A DNA stretch of 64,000 nucleotides from Squalus acanthias (lineage: Eukaryota): NCBI GenBank assembly GCA_030390025.1, contig CM059432.1, positions 144,896,001 to 144,960,000 of the forward strand, read 5' to 3'. Positions within the stretch are counted from its first letter, which is position 1; every line of letters starts with the position of its first letter. Both the position numbers and the translations under genes were made by a program. The notes under the pieces were generated by a model. It had not been told where the DNA came from, ran no database searches, and worked only from the letters and a program-made list of their open reading frames with translations. Shown here piece by piece: positions 35,440 to 48,057 of this stretch.

Positions 35440-35735
35440 ACTGTTGCTGCGCCCCATGCCCACATTTTGCATCATACCCGAGGCGGGACACGTTTACAAA
35501 CAGCTCTGGCCCCGCGCATGCGCCGGGCGTGCTTCCAAGTCGGAGCCCTGCGCCGAGCATTCGCCCAGGTCGTAGCCGCGGCGCATGCGCCGAGCTGACA
35601 CTCAGGTCGGAGCCGATGCGCATGCGCTGAGTATTCACCCAGGTCGTAGCCGCAGCGCATGCGCCGAGCATACACTCAGGTCGGAGCCGCTGCGCACGCG
35701 CGGTAGAGCTCGGCTGGTGGGCGGGGCCGGTACCG
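35440..35735 (+). promoter_or_regulatory. NT5C3A CpG promoter with tandem NRF1-type sites
   Basis: Four GCGCATGCGC copies and one GCGCACGCGC in an approximately 37-bp repeat, with a GGGCGGGG GC box just before the ATG. Confidence 0.8.
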
Positions 35736-35873
35736 ATGGACCGGGTGGCGGTGGTGAAGTTGGGTGTGGTGGCCGGGGCCGGGGTGTGTGTGGTGTTCGG
35801 AGGGGCTGTGTTAGCGCAGTACATCTTCACCATGAAGAAGAAAGCGGGTCGCAAGACCAAGATCATCGAGATG
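35736..35873 (+). CDS. NT5C3A: NT5C3A coding exon 1 (hydrophobic N-terminal extension)
   Basis: Reads MDRVAVVKLGVVAGAGVCVVFGGAVLAQYIFTMKKKAGRKTKIIEM, close to recalled human MDRAAVARVGAVASASVCALVAGVVLAQYIFTLKRKTGRKTKIIEM. GTGAGT donor, phase 0. Confidence 0.96.
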
Positions 35874-36577
35874 GTGAGTGAGCGGGGCCCGGGGTAAGGT
35901 TAGTCTGGGGGGGGGGTCGGGGGCCCGGTTTGGCCGGGTCCGGGGTGTGGCCTCCGCCCGCTGCCGTAGTCACAAAGGTGCAGGAACTGATGCTCTCCCC
36001 GGGGCTCATCCGGCGTCAGCCGCCGTCACGGTGAGGACAGGATCCGGGACCTGGCTCACAAAGGCCCCCCACCCCCGGCAGCGCAGAGCAGTTGGTCTCC
36101 CGACACATGTCAGGCCGGGGTGGACATGAGGCAGGTGAGGTACTTGCAGCCAGTGAGACTCCCGGGTTATTGATCACCTGCATTGGCGAAGATTGGTTCC
36201 ATTTGTAGACCTGAGAACTCGCTGGCAATAACCTTACAGTAAAGCCTGGAGAGCCAGATTGGTGCCTGTTGAGTGGGATGCTCAGCAGGCAGACCAGAGT
36301 TATACTGCCAGCTACCGCTTGTATTGAGCTTGGCCACAAAGGTCAAGCCAGCAGATGTGGATCTCCCCTGTTCGGGTGATTAATTTGAAATGTTCCGCCA
36401 GGAGTGGTGCTTTTAATACGTTATAACAAGAAAAAGTCAAAAGTAAGCCTATAAAGTGCACACCATTGACAATTATAAAATGGGGCTGGAGCAAAATCCA
36501 AGTAGTGGAGTGCTACCAACTTTGTGATCTTGCAGCTTCAATGTGGTTGAAAATCAGATTGTGTGCTAAGTTAACCC

Positions 36578-37690
36578 TGCAGCCTTTGACATAGTTGATC
36601 ACACCCTCCTCTAACGCCTCTCCGCCATCGTCCACCTGTGTGGGACTGCGTTCGCCTGGTTCCATTCTTATCTGTCTAGTTGTAGCCAGAGAATCACCTG
36701 CAATGGCAGCCCTTCCCACTCCTGCATTGTTGCCTCTTGAGAACCCCAAGGATCTATCCTTGGTCCCCTTCTATTTCTCATCTACATGCTGCCCTTCAGT
36801 GTCATCATCTGAAAACACGACGTCAGATTCCGCATGTACGCTGACGACACCCAGCTCTACCTCATCCCCACCTGTCTCGACCCCCCTCCACTGTTTCTAA
36901 TTTGGCAGACTGGTTGTCTGACATCCAGTACTGGATGAGCAGAGATTTCCTCGAACTAAATATTGGGAAGACCAAAGCTATTGTCTTTGTTCCCCGCCAC
37001 AAACTTCGTTCCCTAGCCACCAACTCCATCTTTCTCCCTGGCAACTGACTGAGGCTGAACCAGACCACTGGCAACATTGGTGTCGTATCTGATCCAAAGA
37101 TGAACTTCCGCTCCATCACCAAGACCACCTACTTCCGCCTCCATAACATCGCCTGTCTCCGCGCCTGCCTCAGCTCATCTGCTGAAATCCTCATCCGTGC
37201 CTTTGTTACTTCATTGGCTGTAAAGTGCTTTGGAACATCCGGTGGTCATGAAAGGCACTATATAAAAGCAAGTCCTTCTTTTCTTTCTTTTCTTTCTTTC
37301 TCGCTCTAGATTTGACTATTTCAATGCTCTCCTGGCTGACCAGTCTGGCAACGCCTTGATTTTAAAATTCTCATCCTTGTTTTCAAATCCCTCCCTATCT
37401 CTAATCTCCTCTAGCTGTGCACTCCTCCGCGATATCTGCATTCCTCCAATTCTGGCCTCTTGCGCATCCTCGATTTTAATCCACCCACCATTGGCGGCTG
37501 TGTCTTCAGCTGCCTAGCCACTGGAATTCCCTCCCTAAACCTCTCCGCCTCTACCTCTCCTCCTCCTTTAAAACGTGCCTTAAAACCTACCTCTGTCCTA
37601 ATATTTCCTTATGTGGATTGGTGTCATAGTTTGATAACGCTCTGGTGAAGCGCTTTGGGACGTTTCACTACATTAAAGGCGGAAGCAAGT
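36578..37690 (+). mobile_element. L2 LINE, degenerate
   Basis: Similar to 19912-20660 (TACGCTGACGACACCCAGCTCTAC), with an L2 3' end. Confidence 0.85.
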
Positions 37691-38282
37691 ATGTGGCCGG
37701 AGCAAAATCCAAGTAATGTGGCACTACCTGCTCGAGGCGATCTTGCAGCTTTTTCTGCAGTGTAGTTGAAAATCAAATTGCTTACCTGATTCCAGAGGTA
37801 TACTGTCGCTTATACAATGTACACCAGACAAGAAACCGACAACTGACCAGGGAATCAGAAGTGGGTCTAGGTTACTGAGGCACTGACTCTGAGTGTATAA
37901 CTTACCAATTTTATACTTGCAATTGGGAGTCAGGTGAAGTTCATCTTTATTTGCACCTTAATTTGCCACTATAAATTTTAGTTGATTCTCAAACGCCACC
38001 AAAGATCACACTTATCTATAAACCTCAACATTGACTGCTATACGGAGCTTTCTTTTAAAGTGGACATGATTTTTCTGGAAGTATCAAGCTTTCGAATGGT
38101 TGGTTTGAGCAGGGCTGGCTTTAGGCTAAAAACTGAACTGCTTTGAATGTCATAACTTGCCTTTTCCCATTACAGATGCTGACTGACCTACTGTGTGTTT
38201 CTCGCATTTTCTTTTTATTTCAGTTTTCCAGCATTTGCAGCTTTTCCCCCTTTTAATTTATATGCCAGGTATAGCTTTTGAA

Positions 38283-38716
38283 TAAGAACATAAGAAATAG
38301 GAGCAGGAATAGGCCACTTGGCCCCTCGAGCCTGCTCCGCCATTCAATAAGATCATGACTGATCTGATCTTGGGCTCAAAGCCACTTCCTTGCCCGCTCC
38401 CCATAACCCTTCACTCCCTTATCTTGTAAAAATCTGTCTATCTCCACCTTAAATGTATTTAATGACCCAGCCTCCACGGCTTTCTGGGGCAGAGAATTCC
38501 ACAGATTTATGACCCTCTGCAAGAAGAAATTCCTCCTCATCACAGTTCTAAAAGGGCGACCCTTTATTCTGAAACTATGCCCCCGCGTTCTAGATTTCCC
38601 CACGAGGGGAAACATCCTCTCTGCATCTACCTTGTCGAGCCCCCTCAGTATCTTATATGTTTCAATAAGATCACCTCTCATTCTTCTAAATTCCAATGAG
38701 TATAGGCCCAACCTAA
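38283..38716 (-). mobile_element. CR1 LINE 3' end
   Basis: RMRGDLIETYKIL...WNSLPQ peptide and a TTATGTTC tail. Confidence 0.9.
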
Positions 38717-39383
38717 ATGCTCTTAGATGTTCCTGGTGGGCATGTGGGTTTAATTTGTGAGTGTGTTGTACCAAATAATATATTTTGTGTGGCGAGAGAG
38801 GTAAATATACACTTGAGCTAGAGTGAGTGGTTACCAGATCTGCTGTGCTGCATTGCACTGCTCTGGCAAATATAAAAGCAGCAGTTCGGGTTGAACTGAC
38901 GCAGGAAATGCATCGTCCTGACGCAGTGAAAATCCACTAACACTTTTCCCAAAGGGATCCTTTAAACCACGTGTCAGTATGTAAACAGCTGCTTATACTG
39001 AGACATATTGGCAATGTATTATTAACATGGCGTAGCTGGTGACAGGTAATTCATATTCTTGTGAAAGTGGTATCTCAGTTTTCTAAAGGTCTGTGTGTGC
39101 GTTCATAGATACTACAGTAATTACTGTGCCATTGAAGCATCCTGCTTAAAACTTGTGCTTAGAAATAGTTTCCCTTCCCTTTCGTCTCCACCACTCCTTC
39201 CATCCCTGCCCTGCTCAAAATAAGCATTCTAGTAGTTGTTCACATAGTTGCCTACCTATACTACCCACTTTTTGCATTCACAGTCAGCATTTCCAGCCCC
39301 TGGTCATGCACAGTCTGGAAAGCCAGCTGTTTTCTGGGGTACTGAAATTTCCGAGAGTCATGATTCACATTTGCCCATACACT

Positions 39384-39795
39384 GAACATAAAAACATAAG
39401 AATTAGGAGCAGGAGTAGGTCATACAGCCCTTCGAGCCTGCTTCGCCATTCAATAAGATCATGGCTGATCTTTGGCCTCAACTCCACTTTCCCGCCCAAT
39501 GTCCATATCCCTTGATTCCCCTAGAGTCCAAAAATCTATCGATCTCAGCCTTGAAGATACTCAAAGACTCAGCATCCACAGCCCTTTGGGGTAGAGAATT
39601 CCAAAGATTCACAACCCTCTGAGTGAAGAAATTCCTCCTCATCTCAGTCTTAAATGGCCAACCCCTTATCCTGAGATTATGCCCCCTAGTTCTAGACTCT
39701 CCAGCCAGGGGAAACAATCTCTCAGTATCTACCTTGTCAGCCCCCCTCAGAATCCTGTGTGTTTCAATGAGATCACCTCTCATTCTTCCAAACTG
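39384..39795 (-). mobile_element. CR1 LINE 3' end
   Basis: RMRGDLIETHRIL...FTQRVVNLWNSLPQ peptide. Confidence 0.9.
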
Positions 39796-41663
39796 AAACA
39801 TGCTGCCTGCTCAGAAGAGGTGAATTGCAGCGAATCACTGGATGAGTTCAGCAGTCCCTGTGTCTCCACATGTACGGGAGCATAACTAGCCAGATTGGGG
39901 ACATTGCACTGGCTCCAGTGACACTCCTTGGTGTTGCTGAGCTTTCTGTGGGTCTCCCTCTCAATAATGTTGCCAAGCTCCTTCTCCTTAATGCAGAGTC
40001 ACAGTGCACTTCAAAACGCTAGAAAATGCACCAAAAAAGGGTCCAAAATTAAAACTCCCTGGGGAGGGGGCACAGCCCCAAACCTCCCCCGAAAAATTAC
40101 ACCATCAGAGGTCACTTCCCCCTCCCCATTACAATGCAAAAAATGCACTTTTGTGTCCTTCAGTTTTTTCCCCCCCTATAGTACAACTGATTGACTATTG
40201 GGTGCAACTGCAGTTTAAGTCACGAGTCGTTGATGTCCCATATCACTCCCATTGTAATTACTTTTCGTATGTCATATGTGAGGCTGTTGGGTTTCGATTT
40301 TCACAGAAAAGCAATCTGAGTTGAGTAATTCTTTTCAAATCCTGAAATTCAATGTAATAAAGGAATTTAAGTAATTCCGTTGCCTTGGAAGCACTGGCCT
40401 TGGTCACGTCTTTATTGAGGGTTCTTTTCCAGTTGTACTTTGCCTCTTGATTTGTCCATTTTATGTGGGCTGGTCAGCTTTTCAGAGTTCTGGCAGGTTG
40501 GCATGTATGCAGTCTTTGCTTGATACAAGGAATTCAACTCTGGAGCAATGATGTGTGGTCCAGAATATAATTTCAATATAAATTGAATAATTGACTGCAA
40601 AGCCATGTATTTGTTATCTGACAAAAACACCATTGCAATATTTACCTACATATTTAGGCTCCGCTTGGTTTCTGAAATGAGACTGAATGGGGTGGGGTTG
40701 TAGGACATTCCAGACTACTTTAAGTTTGGGTGCCACCAATCCTAGCGCAGGGAGCAGTAAACTTGCCTTGTTGTGACATGTATCCAGACCCCTCGGGCAT
40801 TAACGTGAGCCGTATCCTGTGATAACGCAATGTTGTGGAACAGGCTATGTGAATTATAATTTTACAGAGTAAGCCGAGCATTTTTCTGTATCTTAAGCAT
40901 GGAAATGCATATTAAAATAGATTATCTCAAATATTTTGTATCTTTTTAGTGTATATTAGTTTAAATTTGTATTTGAGATTGACCCATTGCAAGTATTCAT
41001 GCAAGAAATAGCCTTTCATAATTACTGAGCAGCATTTGTGCCTTCTCACTTCCAGTGCCATATCTGGTTCAAACGTTTAGTTCCATGTTTCCACTACAAT
41101 GTAACATTTGGTACCAGTAATAATTTCAACTATTTCATTTTTTGTCAATTTCAGTTTTTACTCATCTGAAAATTTACATGTTTAAATGAAAAAAAATTAG
41201 AAATGATGCAAACTTTGTGAAAGGACAGAAAATTGACTGTTAATAGTGGAAGCAGCTGTTATGCTGTAATCCAAACATTGAAACTAATCCTTTAAGCCAT
41301 GTGGCAATGGAAATGTGAAATAAATGTTGGTGTGCAATAATTTTGAAAGGTTACTTTACTAGTCACTTCTGAAAACAACTTCAGTAAGTTTGCAATAGCT
41401 CTACAGGAAGTAACTTAAAAAAAAAAGTTAATTGTCGGGATGTGGGCGTCGCTAGTTGCCCCTTGGAATGGTGGTGGTGAGCCGCCACCTTGAACAATCC
41501 ATGTGGTGAAGGTACTCCCACAATGCTGTTAGGTAGGGAGTTCCGGGATTTTGACCCAGCGACAAAAAAAGGAGCGGTGATACGTGTCCAATTTGGAATG
41601 GTGCATGACTTTCTCGATCTGCGTTTTTACTTGGTTATAACAGGGGCGTGATAAACCATCCAA

Positions 41664-41885
41664 AAATGAGAAGTCGCACAACACCAGGTTATAGTCCAAC
41701 AGATTTATTTAAAATTACAAGCTTTCGGAGCTATCCTGCCCCTTCTTCAGGTAAAGTTACACTGAAGAAGGGGCAGGATAGTTCCGAAAGCTTGTAATTT
41801 TAAATAAATCTGTTGGACTATAACCTGGTGTTGTGCAATTTCTCATTTTTGTCCACCCCAGTCCAACACCGGCATCTCCGCATCA
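41664..41885 (+). mobile_element. Fold-back Penelope-like terminal element, copy 3
   Basis: Near-perfect inverted arms of about 90 bp with a tiny loop, the same tail, and an 11-bp TSD AAACCATCCAA (41653-41663, 41886-41896). Hammerhead motifs at 41715-41754 (minus) and 41757-41797 (plus). Confidence 0.85.
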
Positions 41886-42412
41886 AAACCATCCAAGATC
41901 ATGCATTGAGGAACCAAAAAAATGCATCAACAACAACTTATATTTATAGAGCCCCTTTAACATCGTAAAACATCCCAAGGCACTTTGCAGGAACGTTATT
42001 AGACACTTTCATCACAAGATTATTACAAATGAGTAAAGCCATTCGGCCCATCTGAGTTAATCTATCCAGGAAGATCCTGAAGTTTCTCCCATGGTAGCAT
42101 CCAGTCGATTTCTTAAACAATTCCAGGTTTTTTTATCTCGCCTGTTCGGTCTGAAAGTTTAATTCACACATTTATCACTCTGGGTAAAGGAGGATTTCCT
42201 GATATCGGTGCTAAAATTTTCTTTTACTAGTCCCCTTGCATGCATGGTCGGTTAGTCATTATGGTCAGCACTCCCCATGTCCTGCTTGTTGTGCAGTACA
42301 AATGTTTGGCTTCACATCAGCGTCAAGTCTTCGAATCTGCCTCGCCAGTAATGATCATCTTTTAATTCTGGATCATTCAGTCGCACGTTGCTGACAGTAT
42401 GGTCCCTTTACT

Positions 42413-43118
42413 GGCCTGGAATTTGCAGTGGGTAATAACCGCAACTTCAGCGTGTAACGCAGCGCATCGTAACGCGGAAATCCTGAGGTTGAGGTCAGTC
42501 ATTCACTGCTCTGACACTGGCTGCACTGTGGCGCCCGCCCCACCCCACAGCCAGAAATCAGAGAAACTGACCAAAACTTTGGCTCTTCCATGGTAATATC
42601 ACTGTTCAATACCCCTTTTGAAAGGTAGATCCTTTTGGATTAGGTGTAACTGGGGTTTTAACAGCATATTGACTGCTAACAAACGTTATGGCCCCGAAAA
42701 ACTCATTTTAATTTTGTGGAGTGTCAAATTTATCAATTTTAATAAAAATTAAAAATTTTAAGAAACTTTAAAAAAAAAAAATTGTTTTTAAGTATGTTCA
42801 TTTTTATTTCAGGTTTACCTTTTCCCCATGTGAAAGTCCCAATCTTTGTTTTGCTCTCTAACATTTTTAAAAAGTTAGAATCAAAGGCGCTTACTCACTT
42901 CCTGGTTCTTTGAGAATTCTCCATTGTGATTGGCTGCTTAAACAGTTTGTTGACGTCACAGCAGCTCACGTTAGGGAATCCTCATTAACTTGTACTGATT
43001 TCAATTGCACGTCCGAAAAGGCAAACTTCTCGCTAGAGATCAAGATCTTTGTGGGAAGCTTACTTTGGGGCCAGCGGTGAACGGCTTTGCTTCGCCACTG
43101 ACCGCAAATTACGGGCCA
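42413..43118. mobile_element. Harbinger-like non-autonomous element, degenerate
   Basis: Imperfect TIRs TGGCCTGGAATTTGC...GCAAATTACGGGCCA. TSD unclear. Confidence 0.45.
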
Positions 43119-43229
43119 CTATATCTGCGGCTCTGCGCATCTAGTTTTTACAGTGTCTTGCATTCAATATTATATCATGTATATTTTAATTCCACTTACT
43201 TCGTTACTTCAATTTGTGGATAATTGGGT

Positions 43230-43612
43230 CTCAGCTGTGGCTCAGTGGGTAGCACTCTCGCCTCTGAGTCAGAAAGTTGTGGGTTCAAGTCCCACTCCAG
43301 AGTCTTGAACTGACACTCCAGTGCAGTACTGAGGGAGTGCGGCACTGTCAGAGGTGCCGTCTTTCGGGTGAGATGTTAAACCGAGGCCCCGTCTACCCTT
43401 TCGGGTAAAAGATCCCATGGCACTAGAAGAAGAGCAGGGGAGTTATCCCCGGTGTGCTGGGCCAATATTTATCTCTCAACCAACGCCACAAAAACAGATT
43501 ATTTGGTTATTTATCTTTATTGATGTTTGTGGGACCTTGCTGTGTGTAAATTGGCTGTGAAGCATTTTGGGATGTCCTGAGGTCATGAAAGGTGCTTTAT
43601 AGATGCAAGTTT
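43230..43612 (+). mobile_element. Deu-domain tRNA SINE (SacSINE1-like)
   Basis: A and B boxes (TGGCTCAGTGG, GGTTCAAGTCC), a core GTGCAGTACTGAGGGAGTG...TTAAACCGAGGCCCC...AAAGATCCCATGGCACT, and an L2-like 3' tail. Confidence 0.8.
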
Positions 43613-45477
43613 GAGCTGCCCTCCTCTCCCTCCGTCTCTCTATTCTCCAGGGATGAAACGTTCTATTTAGGTGTGCTGCATGTCCTCATCGTGGTGGGAG
43701 TGGGGTTACAGTGAAATAAGCTGGAACTTCTAGCCAAATTATTTTTTAAAACAAGCAACAGTTTTATATTGCAATTTCATTGCTGTATATATTTTTAAAA
43801 GATAATTAATACTTTTAAGGAAGAAGCAATAGGTGTTGCTTTTAAGAACACGTGTGTTGTAACTCATGGGGTTTCCATTTTTGACTTTTGCAACACTTGT
43901 GGTGTTCTGTAAGTAATGCCTATTGTGACATTGAGTATCCTTTGCATCTGATGGGTTTTGCAATATATGTGTTGTTTTCCAGAGTTCGAACAGTGAAGTA
44001 CTGCGGAGGAGTTGGCTGTTTTGTAGGAATAGCTAACCAAGATATAGGCTGTTAATCTTCACCTGATGTGTAAAAGCTGCAATGCTGGCTTTTTCCAGTT
44101 GATATTATAACTAATATCATGGATCAAATTACTAACTATGCTGTTGTTTGAGAATTCCAGTTTATTGGAACTAAAAAAAAAACTAGCATAATAAGAGGGA
44201 ATTTTAGAAATCATCACACTAAAGCTAGAAATAAAACATGCAATTGGAATTTTTAAACTGGACTTTGAAACATTTATGTTCCCAATATCAAGCACTGATA
44301 CAAAAGTTTGGGCTTGTATGATAAGAGTTAATTAATTACTTTGCAACATTGACTTAGTTTTTATAATTCCAGTTTAAAATGAGCAAAATTGTTAGGGTCA
44401 GCAAGACGGAATGAAATGCTGAATGATGGAACCTTTTGAAATATTTCATCCTTGAAAGGATAACTTGACTGAGGGAAAGACAAACCAAGCTTTCCCTTTT
44501 TTTAGTTCTATGTAAATTGCAACTCGTGATATTGCATTGATTGTACATGATACAAGGTGTTTTCAATTGCTTTAAACACAGTAGCTTTGCTTTGTGCTGT
44601 TTATATCCCTCCGGTTTATGCAATCCTTCCACATCCAACTAAAACGTGTTCTGTTTGTGTATGTAGAATGTTTTGGATTTTGCTTAACGCATTTGAGTCA
44701 GCTTTGTGCACCCTAAAAGGTTGCAAGTTTTATTCAGGTACAAGCTGATAAACAGAAACCCTTACTGGCTTGTTCACAAGGCCTTCTGTTTGTTGCATCA
44801 TGGCAGTGCATTAAAGCGATTGGCTCTGCTATTTTGGACTGTGTCCTATAACTGTGCCCTTACATAAGGGCTTTGATGATCAACAAAATCTTTCCTATCA
44901 CTTCTGCAGATTGCAGCAAGGACGGCCTGATAGAAACCTGTGCATATCTTGTGTTGCAAACCATCTGCAGGTATATGTGCTACCGTGCAGAATTCCGAGA
45001 GATTTCTGCAATTTGGGCTTAGGTTTATAAAAGTAGTTTAATTGGTTATTTCTCCGCTAGCTTTTGCATGAAAGCACTGTGGCTCTGGATGTTGCTGGGC
45101 ACCACTGTCGTGACTGCAGGATGGACTCAAGGGTTAATGAGAGACCGGGCTTCACGACACACACAGGTACCTACTGAACAGAAGTAAAATCCATATTCAC
45201 CTCGCAGGACAGCCTGTGGTTACTTGCAGCATTACTTCAGTAATTGTTAACTAGCTTTTTGTAGTAAATGTGTGTGAAAATGGCGCAAAGTCAATTTTCT
45301 ACAAACAGTTGTCTACATAATCTTTTTGCCAGTGCATTCTTCTATCGGGTCCTGTTTAGACAAACGTCCATAATTACCAGAGCAGCTGAATGCTGTAGAG
45401 ATCGCGAAAGATCACTGTGCTGGACATAGATCAGCTTACTGCCCTTGGCTTCTCCCAGAGCACTGTAAACTGAGCAG

Positions 45478-45510
45478 ATGGTGGATAAACAGAGTTTGCA
45501 GATGTTAGAG
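45478..45510 (+). CDS. NT5C3A: Candidate alternative NT5C3A start exon (exon 45459-45510; MVDKQSLQMLE)
   Basis: CTTCTCCCAG acceptor, 19 nt, ATG plus 10 codons, then a phase-0 GAG/GTATGC donor that joins in frame to exon 49472. Confidence 0.5.
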
Positions 45511-45984
45511 GTATGCTTTCTGGAAATTTGAGCTTGAATAACTTACAAAAAAACGCAGGCAGTCAGATTTGGTCTCTTGAGTGCTTTATTTATATGCAGA
45601 GATCGTTAAAGCTGTTGGTTAACTCGTTTCATTGCAAACAGATAATTGGATGGTTTTTTTAAATGACACATTTCTCTAGAAAAGTAGCTATGCTTTGACC
45701 ACTTTTAGGAAAATCTGAGGCCCAGTTCTAAAGCCTGCTGTCACACTGGCGGGCTGAGGCGAACACTGTTTCTACAGTGTCTGTTAGATGTATGAAAGTT
45801 GCTTTAAAAACACTAACAGACAGAAACAGGAGTTTATAAATTGTGGCAGTCACAACCCGGCACTGCTGGAGTGTAGTGTTACTGTGGGAATTACTAGAAT
45901 TAAAACCATTACCCAGAAATACTTTTAGAATGTTTGCAACAAGTATGTTATAAACTTTCCCACAAACCTACGCTTTTCAAAATA

Positions 45985-46401
45985 CAGGAAACTTTCGTTT
46001 ATCCGGCACCCAAATATCCGGAATTCTCGCTTAACCGGCAAAAATCATCCTCCGAAAACTCCTCTCAAATAACCGGCAATGTTGCCGAGTCGCAGTCGAG
46101 TCTCCGCGAACGCCGAGTGCTCCGAAAAATCCTCTCAAATAACTGGCAATGTTGCCGATCCCGAGTCCGAGTCCGCGAACGCCGATTTAGTCAGTAGGGG
46201 TACTTTTCAAAAGTGCCACTACTCGGCCTCCTGGCGCTGTCGCAAGTCCGAAACATTGCAGTAGCATGAGTAGATTCTCCCGTGCTGCTTGGAGTCTCTT
46301 TGTTAAAAATAGCCTCGGTAGATATAACTCTGTTATCCGGTACTTTCGATAAACCGGCACCACGCCGGTCCCGTCGATGCCGGATAAACGAAAGTTTCCT
46401 G
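45985..46401. mobile_element. Tc1/mariner (pogo/Tigger-type) MITE
   Basis: Perfect 24-bp TIR CAGGAAACTTTCGTTTATCCGGCA, TA TSD, and an internal tandem duplication of about 70 bp. Confidence 0.88.
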
Positions 46402-48057
46402 TAATGAGAAGTGGTACTGTTGTACTGTCTGGTAGAAATGCAACATAAAGTTGAAGGTAGTGTTCCTATCTTGGCTTTGTGGGCAATATCTCATTATCTG
46501 CAGGCCTGTGGTCTAAACACTGACTTCAGACTGTAGCTATATCCTCCAGTTCCATTACAGCAGGGCTTGACACGGGTGTGGGTCTGTCCATGTCTGGAGG
46601 CAGGGGAAGGCGGTTGGTGTTTTGGGTGAAGGGAGAGACCCTTCATCACAACCCAGTGCCAGTGGGCAAGGCTGCACTCCGTGTTCCCGTCCTTTCCGTT
46701 TTCGGAGCGGGTGGATCCTCTGTACATTTCTTGCTCCGTTTGTTTTAAGTTGGAACCTGATCCCCATATTTTCCATCACTCCCACAACCTCATTCCTCTT
46801 CGGATTCCACTGCCTTAGCTGTTCATACGTCATTTGGCTCTTACCCTCTTTTATTTAATGCTTCTATTATTTGACTGCGATGATCTGTTACGTGGTTTTG
46901 TTTCTTTCCTCTCTTTCCCCCCCCACCCCTTTTTTTTCCTGATCCTTCTCTTACTTTTCTATTCTGAAGAGCGCGACCCTGAAACATTAGCTGCCTGTTC
47001 CCTCCGCAGATTTGATTGACCAGTGTTTCCGGCTTTTTCTGTTTTTGTTTCCTACTTTGTTTTGTAGAAACTCTGTCTAATGTATAACTGGATGGAGCTC
47101 CACTAACTAAATGCTGTTCTGTTTGTACTGTGTGTATCACAGGTCATAAGTTGGTTTGTAGTATGACCTGTACAGTAGATGGCAAAAGCAGTAGCTGAAA
47201 TCTAGATCAGCAGTCAGCACCAAAGCAACTAGTCGCACTTCCTACAATAGCTCATTTTGATTTGCTAGACTTGGGCCACCACCAGTGAATTGCTTTGTAA
47301 TATCGCATGCAGACTGAGGCTCTGTGTACAGTAAATGGAAACCCCGTGTTATGTGGCGATAGGATAAAGGGGTTGCTTAAACAAAAGAAAACCTTGGAAA
47401 ATTACTTAAAACTCAATCTCTTAACAAATTATGCGAATAGACCTGAATCTGTCACTGAGGTGTTTAAAAACTTAGATGTAATTTTAGCTCAGTGTCTCGA
47501 TGTTTTGTTATTGTGCATTAGAGTCCAATAAAATTGAAGACTACAATGCACAGTAATCCAATTTAAAAAAACTTAATCCAGGTGAAAGTAGACTGGCACC
47601 TTATAATGCACAAAGTGCTATCTAGATTTGCCAGAGTGTGTTATAGATCCTGACTGGCTCTCTGTTTTGTGCAGCAATATTCACCAGATATGCAAAAGAA
47701 GCATTTGGTCTGTGCTTAGAGCATGGTGTAGTCATTGTGTTATTACCAGCTTAGACCCCCCCTCACGTCTGCCTCAGTGTTCCAGTAGTTATCACTTCCA
47801 GTTCATGTGTTATATACAAAGTATAGAAACTCTTTCCATCAGTAGAAAATAAATGAGCGGTGGGTGTTTAGCCAAGTATGTTTTTCAGCACACCTGTATC
47901 AAACGTTCAGGTCGGAAGTGGGTGATGGAGTGCTCAAACTTGTATGGTACTTTATTGTATTTTAACATTATTATCCAGTATTGTAAGGGGGTTTATCATC
48001 TTTACCTACGCTCTTGTGTGTTACGTGTGAACTCGGTGCCACCCGGAATACTAGCAA

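Noticed and set aside
35585..35881. 98-aa ORF overlapping NT5C3A exon 1
   Set aside because: Out-of-frame reading of the GC-rich promoter and exon; the homologous frame starts at 35736.
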